DNA from: Lytechinus pictus
Taxonomy: Eukaryota
Direction: 5' to 3'
Length of the DNA: 64,000 nucleotides
Assembly: GCF_037042905.1 (NCBI RefSeq)
Contig: NC_087245.1
Coordinates: 26,724,001-26,788,000, forward strand
Part shown: one piece after another, positions 40,791 to 52,550 of the stretch
How the letters are laid out: each line of letters begins with the position of its first letter
Numbering within the stretch: position 1 is the stretch's first letter
Notes under the pieces: generated by a model
The model's database searches: none
What the model was told of the DNA's origin: nothing
What the model saw: the letters and a program-made list of their open reading frames with translations, nothing else
Made by a program: the position numbers and the translations under genes

Positions 40791-41689
40791 CAGTATTGCT
40801 CGGAATAAAGTTGACACCCTTCCGAAGGGTCACGCATCTACCGCGAGACAGGCGTGACCCAAAAAATTACCACCAGCCGATTTCGCGCGTGAAATTCACG
40901 CGTCAATTTCACGCATGCAGCTGGCAGAAGAGAGGCCCAATGCTCACGTAAAACACGAGATTTTTTTCAGATTTGATCTCTATTTGTTCATGTAGTTTGC
41001 GCCTCAACTCTAGGCACTTTTTTGTCAAAACACGACGCAATCCCGATGCAATCCCGTCGGTTTACTGATGGATGGTCTATTATCACTTGGTCTAATCATC
41101 AGATGGGCTAACAACATTCGGGCTAAACCCACTTAGTCCAATTCTCTTTTAATTCACCATCCCGTCATTTGCACTTCAAGATATTCAACCCGATAGACAG
41201 CGGGTTGAAAATCCTAAATTCCCAATAGCTAGACAGCGGGTTGAAAAACTGCCTCAAGCGCGCGCATCAGACGAGTCCCCGCTAGAAATCCATGTGCCCA
41301 GCTCCTGACCGAGTGACCCAGTTATAGTTACATCTTTGGCTTAAAGGACGAGTAGATTATCTTTCCACTGTTTATTTGTGGAGCTAGATCCATGGTTTAT
41401 TTTTCAGTGTTTATGTTATCAAAGACGTCTTCCGTTTAAAGGACAAGTCTTGCTTTTTATGCAGGTTCCCTCATATTTCACTCTTTTAAATTGTCTTTAA
41501 TTCCAAATCGCTATTTTCTTTAATTTGAATTAATTGTTGTCTGATTTGTATTCTCATAAGTTTTCTGATATTATTTTCATAATTTTGTTTGTACTTGTGA
41601 AATATGTAAAATAAAGTCAAATCAAGTAGATAATCTTTTTCTATCTTTTATTTTTTATCTTTTGTTCTTCAATTCTGTAATTTTAATCA

Positions 41690-42905
41690 GGTACGTATTT
41701 CATTCAAAAGAACGAGTATTTTCATCATTTTTCTATTCATCATTCAAAGAAGAAGATTCGCTTTCCATCATTTTCTGTTCATTGTTTTTTTGTTTTTTTT
41801 AATCAGTAATACATCGTTCATTTAAAGGACGAGTTGATTTGCTAACCATCATTTTCTGTTTATCAATTCTGTTTTTTCTTCAATTTCCTCACTTACGTCT
41901 TTTAATCAAAGATTCGCTTTCCATCATTTTTCTGTTCATAAATTCTGCATTTTTATTTTATCAGTTACGTCGTTCATTCAAAGGACGAGTAGATTTGCTT
42001 ACCATCATTTTTCTGTTCATTGATTGACCCTTTTTTCATTTAATCAGTTACGACGTTAATTCAAAGGACGAGTATAATTCAGATTTGAGTTTTATTATGA
42101 AGTTATGAAACAGAGATTTAGAATCAAGTTAGAATTAATCATAGTTATAGAACATTAAAAAAAAAAACACAACCAATGAGATGTGAAATCCATTAAGAAT
42201 GGAACAGATATTACTAGATTTGCTAACCATCATTTTCTGTTCATCAATATTCTGTGTTTTTTTTCATCACTGACGACTTTTATTCAAAGATTCGCTTTCC
42301 ATCATTTTCTGTTCATTAATTCTGTATTTTTATTTTATCAGTTACGTCGTTCATTCAAAGGAAAGTAGATTCGTTTTTCCCAATTTCTGTTCATCATTAT
42401 TCAGTTTTTTTTAAATAATTTAATCATTTACGTCTTTTATTCAAAGAAGATTCGCTTTCAATCATTTTTCTGTTCAATTCTGTATATTTTATCAGTTACA
42501 TCGTTCATGGCAAGAACGAGTTGATTCCTTTTCCATCATTTTTTGAGTTCCATCAATTCTGTGTTTTGTTTTCATTGTTCATCAGTTACGTCTTTTATCT
42601 AAAGAAGAAACGCTGTCCATCATTTTTCTGTTCAACAATTCTGTATTTTTATTTTATCAGTTACATCGTTCATTCCAAGAACGAGTAGATTCACTTTCCA
42701 TCATTATGACGTTCAGAGCACGAGTAGATTTGCTTTCCATTTTCCTGTTCATCAATTCTGTGTTTTAATTTAATCAGTTTCGTCTGTTTATTCAAAGAAC
42801 GAGTAGATTTGCTTTCCATCATTTTGTGTTTATCAATTCTGTGTGTTTATTTTATCGGTTACGTCTTTTATTCAAAGATGATTCGCTTCCCATCATTTTT
42901 CATTT
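41690..42905. repeat. Degenerate ~70-80-bp tandem repeat inside the 8-kb TIR element
   Basis: Recurring ttcaaag(g/a)acgagtagatt.gctttccatcatttt.ctgttcat. Confidence 0.8.
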
Positions 42906-45364
42906 TTTCGCTATCAATAACAGTTGATTTTATACCCAAAGATATTAATTAACAATATCATCATCATCATTTGTATATTTATTCTCCTCATTCAATTCTT
43001 CTTATGTCTTTCACTTCTTTTTGTTCCTGTTCTTCTTTCTTTACCTTTATCTTTACCATGTTCATTCGTTCATCCATCATATCATCTGTTGCTTCTCTCT
43101 TATCCTTATCTTCTTTATCCTTTATTTCTTTCTCTTAGCCGTCGTCTTCTTCCTCCTACTTCGCCCACTTTCCTCTTCGATCGGCTATCTTGAACCCCCC
43201 CCCCCTTCCCGGAAAAAGAATACCCGCAAGTGGCCCTGCTTTAAATGCCTAGCATCAGCACTTTCTGAAAAATCTTATTCAGCCCCCCCCCCCCTGTATC
43301 TTCCTTAAATATTTTTTTTGCATGTTGTGTTACTGTTCCCTTTCTCTCCGTCCATCATTCCAGCAACAGCCTCCCCCTACAAGTAATATATCGTCTTTTT
43401 ACGCCCGCCCGTATAAGACGAGACGTAACTTGGTATCACGCTCGGTATCCGTCTGTCCCTCCATTCGTTAACATTTCCTTATAAACATGATAACTCCAGT
43501 TTAACTTAACCCGAGGCTTATATTATTTGGTGTGTATATGATACAAGCGTCAAAAGGTCAAGTCACCACCTTCCACTTTTTTTGCTTGACCAATATACTC
43601 CATTTTCCGTGTAACCCGAGCGAACACAAAAAACATTGACAAAATATCAAAAAAAATGTTTGGTAAAACATGAAAATGTTGAACGGAAATGTTAAAATCA
43701 TATAAAATGTATGGTTTTCTCAATGCTATAATACATTTTCCTAACGTTTAGCATTTAAAACGTATTTCCCTAATGTATTTTAGTAATATTAATAAAATGT
43801 TGCAATGATATATTTTTACGAATTGACTCGTTTTAATCCATGTGCATATTATCTCTTGCTAATTTGTTTATTTATATTCATTTTATGTTGCCCTGTGTAC
43901 TGTTCGTCTATATAGAACAGACAACCTGGACTTATTGTAATTGTTTCTCTTTTTATCAAGAACAGGTGATTTTATACAAAAAATATAATTGATTTTCAAT
44001 ATCAACATCTTCCTCCTTATCATTTTTCTCATGGCCATCATCGTCACTCTCATCACCACTCCGGGCCCCCAAATGCCGACTATATTGGACAATTTGGGGG
44101 TGGGCATTGATCATAGACTGGCTTAATCACTGATCAGTGGGCCGGCTTAATACATGTTCTATTCAAACAGTTACACAAAAGATCATTGTGTAACTTACAG
44201 TCTTCTCATTGTTAGCTGTTCTATAATCTTCACACCTCTATTCATTGTCCACAAAACGCGCCAGACGGTGTAATTAATTGACCCCAGTCAAGTCCACATA
44301 TAGCTAGGGTTGTTCAATTCAACCACGTTTCAAGAGTAATTAATATACGAGTAGATTCCTGATCTTATCTAATATCTGTATAAAATAATGTACACATTAG
44401 ATAGGGAAGATTGATACTGAAGAAATAAAACAATGTAAGAGTCTTGTACCGTCATATTATACATGTATGACTGATGGAACGATTGAAGTTAAAGAGAAAT
44501 GCGAGAGAAGAAAGGAAAGAATGATCTGAAGAAATAAAATAATTAAATGTATATAGACTTAAAAGAGATCGAACAAGAACGGTAGAAGAATAAAAGATAA
44601 GACAATAACAATTGATAGTGAATAAAATAAAGGGATAGACGTAGAAGATATTCAACAAAAAATTAAGAGCGATAGAAGAAAAGAGGACCGGAACTATTGA
44701 TATTGAATAATAAAATAAAGGGATTGACTTAATAGAGATTAAGAGAAATTAAGATATATATATATATATAGCAGGCGTATGTGTACGTGTAGAACAAGAG
44801 AGGTTGATACTGACTAAATGAAAGCAAATGATGGATAAATTGGAACGACTGATAAGAAAAGAAATACATGTAACCCATGCACCCCCTCACCCATGCTGAT
44901 GCCAGGCCGTCCTCGACTATACCCGATGTTCAAACTATAACTATGTTGTGCATTAAATGAATAAGGTAAGTTTGTCTTTCCACATTTCTAGCTGATTGTT
45001 TTACTTTAATCATTTTTCATACACATTCATGAAAAACGTACTGCGCAATTTAATGTCATTTAATTGGATATATTTCTTTTTTTGATTTAAGTATACTGCC
45101 ACTTCCGGACATAATTGTTTCCATTATTGTTATATTGCTTGGTTTTCCCTCATTCGCTCCCTTAATAATTTTAATCACATCATATCACTACTGAAGTTTA
45201 GGGGTGGATCCAGCTTTTTCAACGGGGCCCGGGGGTTGTATGCTTATTCAGTAAAATCTTACAAGTTGATAAAAAATGAGTTTCACTCCCAAATAAAGGT
45301 AATATATTCCACGAAAAATCTGAACATAAAAGCAAAAAGAAACCTAAACGAAAAAAAGTCAGTT

Positions 45365-45599
45365 CATGGCCGTATGCAGCGGGGGGGGGGGGGGGGGATA
45401 TTGAAAACTTAATGTTTTTTTTTTTTTACAAAATTAATTAAAGGCATGCACGAAATGCTTCAATTGCCCTTTACAGAATGGAAAGACGCAATGACAAGCT
45501 CGGTCACTTTTCTCACTTCCTTTCAATTTTTTATATTTTATGCATCTTGCCCACCCCCCCCCCCCCCCTACCCGCGAAAAATTTCTGCATACGGCCATG
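45365..45599. mobile_element. MITE with 8-bp TSD
   Basis: TIR catggccgtatgcag; (a/g)gtcagtt flanks. Confidence 0.75.
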
Positions 45600-47120
45600 G
45601 GTCAGTTCACTATGTCCGATATTTACCACAACAAATATTTTAATGACTCTCGATTGAAAGGGGGAGGGTGCTTATGCCCCCCCCCCCCCAATCCTCTACG
45701 GCTCAAATTCACATTTTTTTTTAATTTCAAAATTTGCTTGTTTCGATTTCAAATGGGATTTTCAATTTCAGAAAAATTTTCCTTAGTACTTGTTCCCATT
45801 CTTTATAAAGTTCTCGCTATGCCTCTTAGAACTTGTTTTTTGTAGTATTTCTCGTTGATATTAGGCATAATCTATTCATTTTATTTTACTCCTAAATCAT
45901 ACTATAATTAAAAGAAAAAATCCATCTCGTGCGATTACTCGTTTATGCTTTTGCAGATACCGTACCAGAAATGCACGAGCTCGAAAGAAAATCAGATTGC
46001 TTGAACTAAGTTACAACAAAATCACCAAATAGAAAGTATTTCGTGCTTTTTGTGCTATCCCGGTGATTGTTACTGAATCTAAACTCATTCTCTTCGGTAA
46101 AATGATACAGGTATTGTATTTTTTTAATGATGGACGTCCATTTTAGAGACAAAATCGGAAGTATATGCACTGTCACTGTCCTCTCTGCCTCTGGTCACAT
46201 GTACCGCCTACTACTGGTACCGTCGTGTACCGTACGATGACTACCTAGCTTAGCTACCGTATACTATTCTCGTACTAGTGACCGTGTGATGGTAGCTAGC
46301 TAGCTAGTACTTACTACTTAGTAGTACAATTCTTCAAGACTTAGTTAAGCCCAGGCCTAGCGTTGATCGTATACCCATATATGCTTACTTTGTCTTTGTG
46401 GCAATGCAGATATCGACGAGTGAGGGATATGTTAAGCACATTACAATTACAAGCCTTCACAAGGCACAAGCAATTTTAATAATGTTGATTCTACTCGATT
46501 ATCATAATGTGAATGTCCAGTCTGATCCTTTTTATGCCCAGTCGCCATATTATTACCAAGTTAGTAAAGATCTAGTACCACTAAAGATCTATTTGAGAAT
46601 ATCGACTAGGAGTAGGATTGTAGATCTAGTCTAACCCATGCTCATGATTATGACAGTGCAGAGCTCCGATTTATCTCTATTCTGGATATGCTATCATAAA
46701 GAAATACGAAACCTGCATCATTGGACTGAAGAAGAGTAAGTCTACAACATGCACGTACTAACGTTAGGTCTACATTTTTTAAAATACAGACAGCAAATTA
46801 ACAATGTAAATGTTAATTTGCTGTCTGTATTTTAAAAAGATGTAGACCTGACGTTAGTACGTGCACATGGGCGAATTTGTAAGCAAACATAACCGAAGAT
46901 ATAATACTAATTACTTACAGTTAATTGACCTGATGTTAATCAGGCCAATGTGATCCATTGTCTGACTTCAGTGGTTCATCTTCGTGCCTGGCTTCAGGCT
47001 AATCCACCGTTGGGTCTTAGTTAAGACCAAATCTTTACTTATATTGACAAATATACATCTATATATCAAATCAAATGCATGTTTCTAAGGAATGATAAGG
47101 GGAAAAATGAGTCGAGCAAG

Positions 47121-47469
47121 CATTAGCGTACCTACGGGGGGGGGGGGGGGGGGGGCAGAGGGTACAGACTGCCCCCCCCCTGATGAGTCACGACCCATGC
47201 AAGAGACGTATCCCTGCCCCCCCTAACGAGCGAGCGAGATACAGAGATGGCCCGCTCCTTTGAACTTGAAGACCTTTTTTTTTGTCAATTTTTTTTCTGA
47301 TATGAAATCCATAATTTGTGGTTGAAGCCCTTTATTTTTATTTTTCTTGTCAAAATTTTTCCTGGTATAATATCTTTTATTTCTGGTCGAAGACCTTTTT
47401 TTTTTGCTTGTCAATTTTTTTGACGAATTTGCCCCCCCCCCCCTTTGGAAAATCCTAGGTACGCCACTG
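47121..47469. mobile_element. MITE with 8-bp TSD
   Basis: Imperfect TIR ca(tta/gtg)gcgtaccta; CGAGCAAG duplicated. Confidence 0.78.
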
Positions 47470-48804
47470 CGAGCAAGAGATGACAGCAGAGGTGACGTGA
47501 TTCAGTGAGAGGAGAGAATATAAAAACAATTCTGAAAACTACCATTCGAACAATGAAGATTAATAAAAATTGATAAAGATATATGGTTATGACAATCGGG
47601 TGACAATAAATTGACACTTAATTTTTTTTTCTTTGTTAATTCATAAACACCAGATTGAGCGTCGCATAACAACAAAAAAAGGGATTCAAAAGGATTGAGA
47701 AGAGTGGAGTAGAAAAAAAGGGTAGGGATCGAGGGAGAAGTGAGCTGAGATAGCGATAGAGTAGAAATTCAAGAGTGAGACATGGGTAAAATGGAAATAT
47801 ATCAACATCAAAAACGATAAAAAATAAAATATGAGGAAACAAGGGAAAAGAACACTGATTGTAATTAAGCATGAGTCAAGGACATTCGTGTTGCAATCAA
47901 ATTAAGCCCTGTACGTCCTGTGTTTGTGTGACTGGATCGAGTGGTGGGAGAAAAAAGGGAGTTTATCATTCCTTATATCATAATGGCGGAAGAATGTTTG
48001 GCAATAATGCACTGAAAATATGATGAAATTAAATCATTCTGGTTGCAAACAAAGTAAGAGAATGACGATAAAGGAATGTAAGGAAATAAACAATAGGTCT
48101 GTTTTTTCCAGCCTCGCGGCGTCTCTTGCTTAATCTAGCCACCCCGCCCCCCTTTCTCTCCATTTTCTTTTGCTCTCTCTCTCTTGATCATTTCCCCCTC
48201 CATCTGTCTCTCGTATCTTTCGCTCTCTCCTTCTCTTGCTCGACTCTGTCCATTCTTATCTTGGATGCTCCATTTTCTTATAACTATTAACTACTTATCC
48301 CAGAAAGTACGTGATCTCATCTCGACCCGACTTTCATTCAACGAAGTTCAGAAAGATGTAAATTTGAGGGCGATGACACGAGCGTGCATTAAAATTGTGC
48401 ACTCGCGCCAAGCTCAACAGCTCTATGATCTTTTTTTGTTTGGGTTTCGAGGAGACGGCATCTTACGGCAATAAGTTGTTGCTGTACATCGTAATTTCGA
48501 GAGAGACATCGCGGCAAGTCAGGAGGGCTAATTCGAGCCATGTGAGTTGTCCAAATGGTGACATTTTATTAATTATCAAATCAATATCTCTTCGACAGAA
48601 GATCGTCCCTCCTTCTGCGGTATTATCGCGGTAATACACGAGATTTTCAATTAAAAATCTCGTGGTACATTACCGTGGTAATTTCTCTCAGAGTGCGACT
48701 CCCGCCGATGAAAATTTGCTGGTGGTAATCGCGCGCGACCCGATTTCACATCGACTTACGCGGTACAGCGCGGTAAAGCGTCAACTTTATTCCGAGCAAT
48801 ACTG

Positions 48805-48997
48805 TACGTCCGGGGGCTGAGTATGGAATGGTGTTTCTGTGATTCCATGTGCAGTACCGGTGTGTGTATATGGTTGGTTTGTGTGTTGTGCGCAAGTTTT
48901 CCCGCCCGTGGGTCAGGTGACGTGATGTGTATAAACTGTCGTCTGCTAGCGATGTCTTCTGCTTAAATACTACAATGATTCAACCCCCCTAACACTA
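48805..48997 (-). repeat. 3' LTR, proximal part (starts with the duplicated TA)
   Basis: tacgtccggggg...aacacta matches 62688-62864; abuts the PPT. Confidence 0.93.
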
Positions 48998-48999
48998 TA

Positions 49000-49013
49000 C
49001 TTCCCCCCACCCT
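49000..49013 (-). promoter_or_regulatory. Polypurine tract
   Basis: Minus strand AGGGTGGGGGGAAG lies 2 nt before the 3' LTR. Confidence 0.85.
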
Positions 49014-49726
49014 AAAAAAAAATTTGGTGACTTTATAACTTAACATAAGGTAGACACTCAACATAAAATATACATCAACATACTTTGTTTGTTTTTCCTC
49101 TTCTTTTTTGTTTTGTTGATCATATCTTTTTCTTTTCTTTTCTTTTATTTTCATTTTTTTTTATTCTTTGATCTTTTTCTTTTCTTCTTTTGTGATCTCT
49201 TTCTTTTCTTTATCTGTGATCTTTTTTCTTTTTTCTTCTTCTGTGATCTTTTTCTTTTCTTCTTTTGTGATCATTTCCTTTTCTTTGTCTGTGATCCTTT
49301 TTTTTTTCTTTTCTTACTCTTCTCTGTTCATAAACACAAATATAACATAAATACATGAATATGTACATCATTATCAATCATATAATATATTTTTACCTTG
49401 TCTCTGCCTTGATATAAATTAAATAAGCTCACTGCACTTATTTATGTATCTAAATGAAATTAAAAAACAAATATTTAAATCGATGAAAACATACATATAT
49501 ATATAAAATATTACTTATCTAATCTAATTTTCCAATTTCAACAAAAAGCATAACTAATATATATACAATAAGAATTGTAACTCATAGGCGTCCATTTTCT
49601 GTATTACATATATAAAGCATAATAAGGCCTATCATCTAACACAAATACAAATTTTGTATATAAAATAAATAGCCTTACAATTAAGGTAAAAGGCAGAGAC
49701 AGGTGCGAGGGAGTAGCATTGCCCCT

Positions 49727-51019
49727 TTACTTGAGGCAATACAGCTCCCTGGCGTTAATCGTCGTCTGATCGAGTAACTCTGGTAGAGGAACCCCTCGGA
49801 TAGACGCCACCACCTGCCCGACATCGCCGATAAAGGATTCTGTTTGCCAGCTGTGGCGAGGGCGGACGGGCAGGAGACTATTTCTCAGAATGGACCAAAT
49901 GCCAAGCCTCTTGAGCTTGGCATTCGCTCCATTGTAGTATGAGGCGCGTGACACCAAAGAACGCATACGGGAATGCTGACGTCCATTTGTCGACGATGTC
50001 CGGCGAACCCATGAAACAGTGCAAATGGATGCGCTGAGCGGCCGGACACCGTCGGCGAATAGCGTCGCGCGCCAGCTGGTGTATAGCGCGCGGGATAGGC
50101 TCATTGCCGGGACGAGAGCCATTGGCCCCCGGAGGTGGAGTACCAGGACTCTTCCGGTGGAGAGCCCCAGGAGCTGCTCAAAAAGCTGCTCCTGTGCCCC
50201 CCACTCGGAGTCGTCCGTGGACCAATCAAGGCCCAACTCCGACAGGCCTCTGACTCTCGGGTCAGCGAGAGCCGATCGCAACGCCTCAATGCTGTAGCGT
50301 TTAAGGCCAAAGGCCTGCTTTGGGTGGATGCCCACCGCCACTGCGTAGCCTTCAGGGAGTTCCTCGAAAACCCTGTCGAGGAAGCCGGGGGCGGAGTATC
50401 TCACTGGATCGCAAAAGTTCCATACTCCTCCGACTTCCTCGACCGGGTGTTGAGGCCGTCCCTGAAGTTCCGTTTTTCCTTTCTTTATTTTTATTCGATC
50501 CGGATGGAAGTGTGAATCGAATGCTTGCAGTGGCCGTGGGCTCTCCCCCAAAGCTTCCTCTAACATTTTTGGGGTTATTCCCCGCCCTCTCCCAATGGAG
50601 GGACACTCCACTGGATGGGGTGGTCTAGGCCAAGTGGGCAGTAGTCCACGGCCACGACCAACCCCAACCGTAAGGCCTCCACTGGTCGAGGGACCGGCTT
50701 TTGATCCAGGAAGCGGGCCTTGCGCCAACTTTTTAGCCTTCTTGGCACGCTTGGCCCGCTCTTTTCTGCGCCTGTTTAGCTCATGCTTTTTTTTAGCAAG
50801 CTCGGCCTCGTAGAGCTCCTTCTTCCGAGCATCCGCCCCTGCTGGTGCAAGAGGCGGACCCTCAGAACGGGTCTCTGAGGCCTGCTGCCTATTTTCAATT
50901 TTTGTTGGTTCGACTTCAGAGGGGGGCTCAGTGAGGGCTTCCTCTGGGGCCGAACCAACGTCTACCTCAATGTCATTGAACTCCACCCCCGGGGGTAGCA
51001 GGACTTCCTCTCCCTCCAT
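49727..51019 (-). pseudogene. ORF3: acidic/basic low-complexity N-terminus plus TatD-family metallo-nuclease domain (frameshifted)
   Basis: DSHFHPD, GIHP, SELGLD, QEQLFEQLL, VLHLRG, then IHLHCFMGS in another frame, and C-terminal TTINARELY. Confidence 0.88.
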
Positions 51020-51150
51020 TTTCTCTCTGTATGGGAAGAGAAGAATGATGCACAAATGGGGGGGGGGGGAGAATTTGGGGAAAAAAAGAAATATAAACAT
51101 GATTATTAGACGACTCATCATAATAGATGACGCATTTGTTTAGAAATATT

Positions 51151-52550
51151 TTACCTCCTCTTAGTACAGGGGGGGCAAAACCATTTCAAGTTCTCTAATC
51201 CTTCCGTCTCTGTGATACCAACGCACACTCCGTGGTACCATTCATTGCATTCTTCGCAACATATCATCAGAGAGCCATCATCAGGCTTCCGGCAGAAACA
51301 ATAGAGTTTGTCTCTGCCGGGAGTCTCAATAACCGCCCTACTCTGATCCGTACACTTTTTCAAGCGGTCATGATTATAAGTGGCTACTGTTTTTCTGAAG
51401 GCCACCCTGTAAAGATATGGGGACCTCTTCTCTACAATGATCGCCGGCCCTTTCCAAGGGATTTCCCCTTGGCACAGGCCGTGTCTCTAATGTAGACACG
51501 ATCATTCACCTCAAATTCCCGAGTGTATTGTTTGATATCGTAGTCTCGTTTCATCTTGCGCTGAGCAGATTTGATTGCAGCCTTAGCTGAAATGTGAGCA
51601 TTACGCATTGCACAAGTCAACTCGGCCACATATTCTTCTTTGTCTGCTCTTGAGCGGGTTGAGGAACAGAGAATACGAGATCAGAGGGTAGATTAACCTC
51701 CCGACCCAGCATTAGCTTGTTAGGGGTAAATCCAGTTGTACGATTTACAGAGGAGCGGATAGCACCTGCGATCTGCTGGAGATGCCTATCCCAGTCCCTT
51801 TGAGATGTAGCATCGCACTGCATCCATCACGGTCCTATTCGCTCTCTCCACTTGAGAATTTGCTTGGGGGCGGAATGCGGTCGTTTTTGACTTGTGAATG
51901 TCAAGGACACGGCACATGTCCTTGAAAAGTGTACTCTAAAAATTTCTGCCCTGATCCGTGAAGATTTTAAATGGATATCCGAACCGGCAGAAAAAACTGC
52001 TCACTGCAGCATGAGCCGTCATCTCTGCAGTTTGGGAAGGCAAAGGTACGCATTCCACCCATTTGGTAAATTGATCTACCATAACCAAGATGTTTTCATT
52101 ACCATGTGTTGTCTTTGGTAGTGGGCCCATGAAGTCAAGATGGACACGTGCCATGGGGGCGCTCGCATGAAAACTTTTCATAGGATGCCTCCCAGGGCGG
52201 GTCGCTTTCTTGTTCTGATTGCAAGTGGCACACCTGGCTATGTAAATGCGAATATCTTCTGACATGCGATACCAACAATACTTGGACTTTAGCTTAGCCC
52301 GAGTACGATTGATCCCAGCATGCCCTGCTGAAGGAGGATCATGATTTAGCCAAATGATGTCATGCCGTAGTGATTCTGGAATCACTATAACATCACCTAC
52401 ATCCTTCTTCATCCAGATAACCCCTTCTTTGAGGTAGAAGAGTTCTCTGTTCGTCCACAAGAACTTTCCCTCTGGCGGGAGGAGAAACAGAGTCCCTTCA
52501 TCCAGTACTTTCTTGTTGGTTAACCACTCACGGAGGGGCGCGAGGACCTG
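51151..52550 (-). pseudogene. pol: pol: integrase (H2C2 + DDE core + tail) ending in a PHD finger; frameshifted
   Basis: HDPPSAGH...CATC, DFMGP, VDQFTKW, TDQGRNF, VERANRT, NHDRLK followed in frame by a C4HC3 PHD. Confidence 0.92.
51166..51303 (-). other. PHD finger (CFP1/Spp1-like) at the integrase C-terminus
   Basis: YCFCRKPDDGSLMICCEECNEWYHGVCVG...WFCPPC; all 8 zinc ligands present. Confidence 0.93.

Larger units (their letters stand above)
40791..48804. mobile_element. 8,014-bp non-autonomous TIR DNA transposon (TA TSD, CAG termini; Tc1/mariner-like) inserted in the 3' LTR
   Basis: Perfect 25-bp TIR cagtattgctcggaataaagttgac (40791-40815 / 48780-48804); TA duplicated at 40789-90 and 48805-06; the 5' LTR shows the empty site. 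Confidence 0.92.

Noticed and set aside
48963..49358. F-rich and K-rich ORFs (possible env)
   Set aside because: Low-complexity 3' UTR repeats of the retrotransposon; no env features
49727..51121. Host TATDN gene, bacterial contamination, or start at 51121
   Set aside because: Lies between integrase and PPT inside the LTR pair and is intronless; the first 34 codons overlap a pyrimidine tract and splice acceptor, so ATG 51019 is preferred
51151..51405. Exon of a host CFP1/PHD gene
   Set aside because: In frame with the integrase-tail HDRLK motif and ends in a stop, with no flanking host exons
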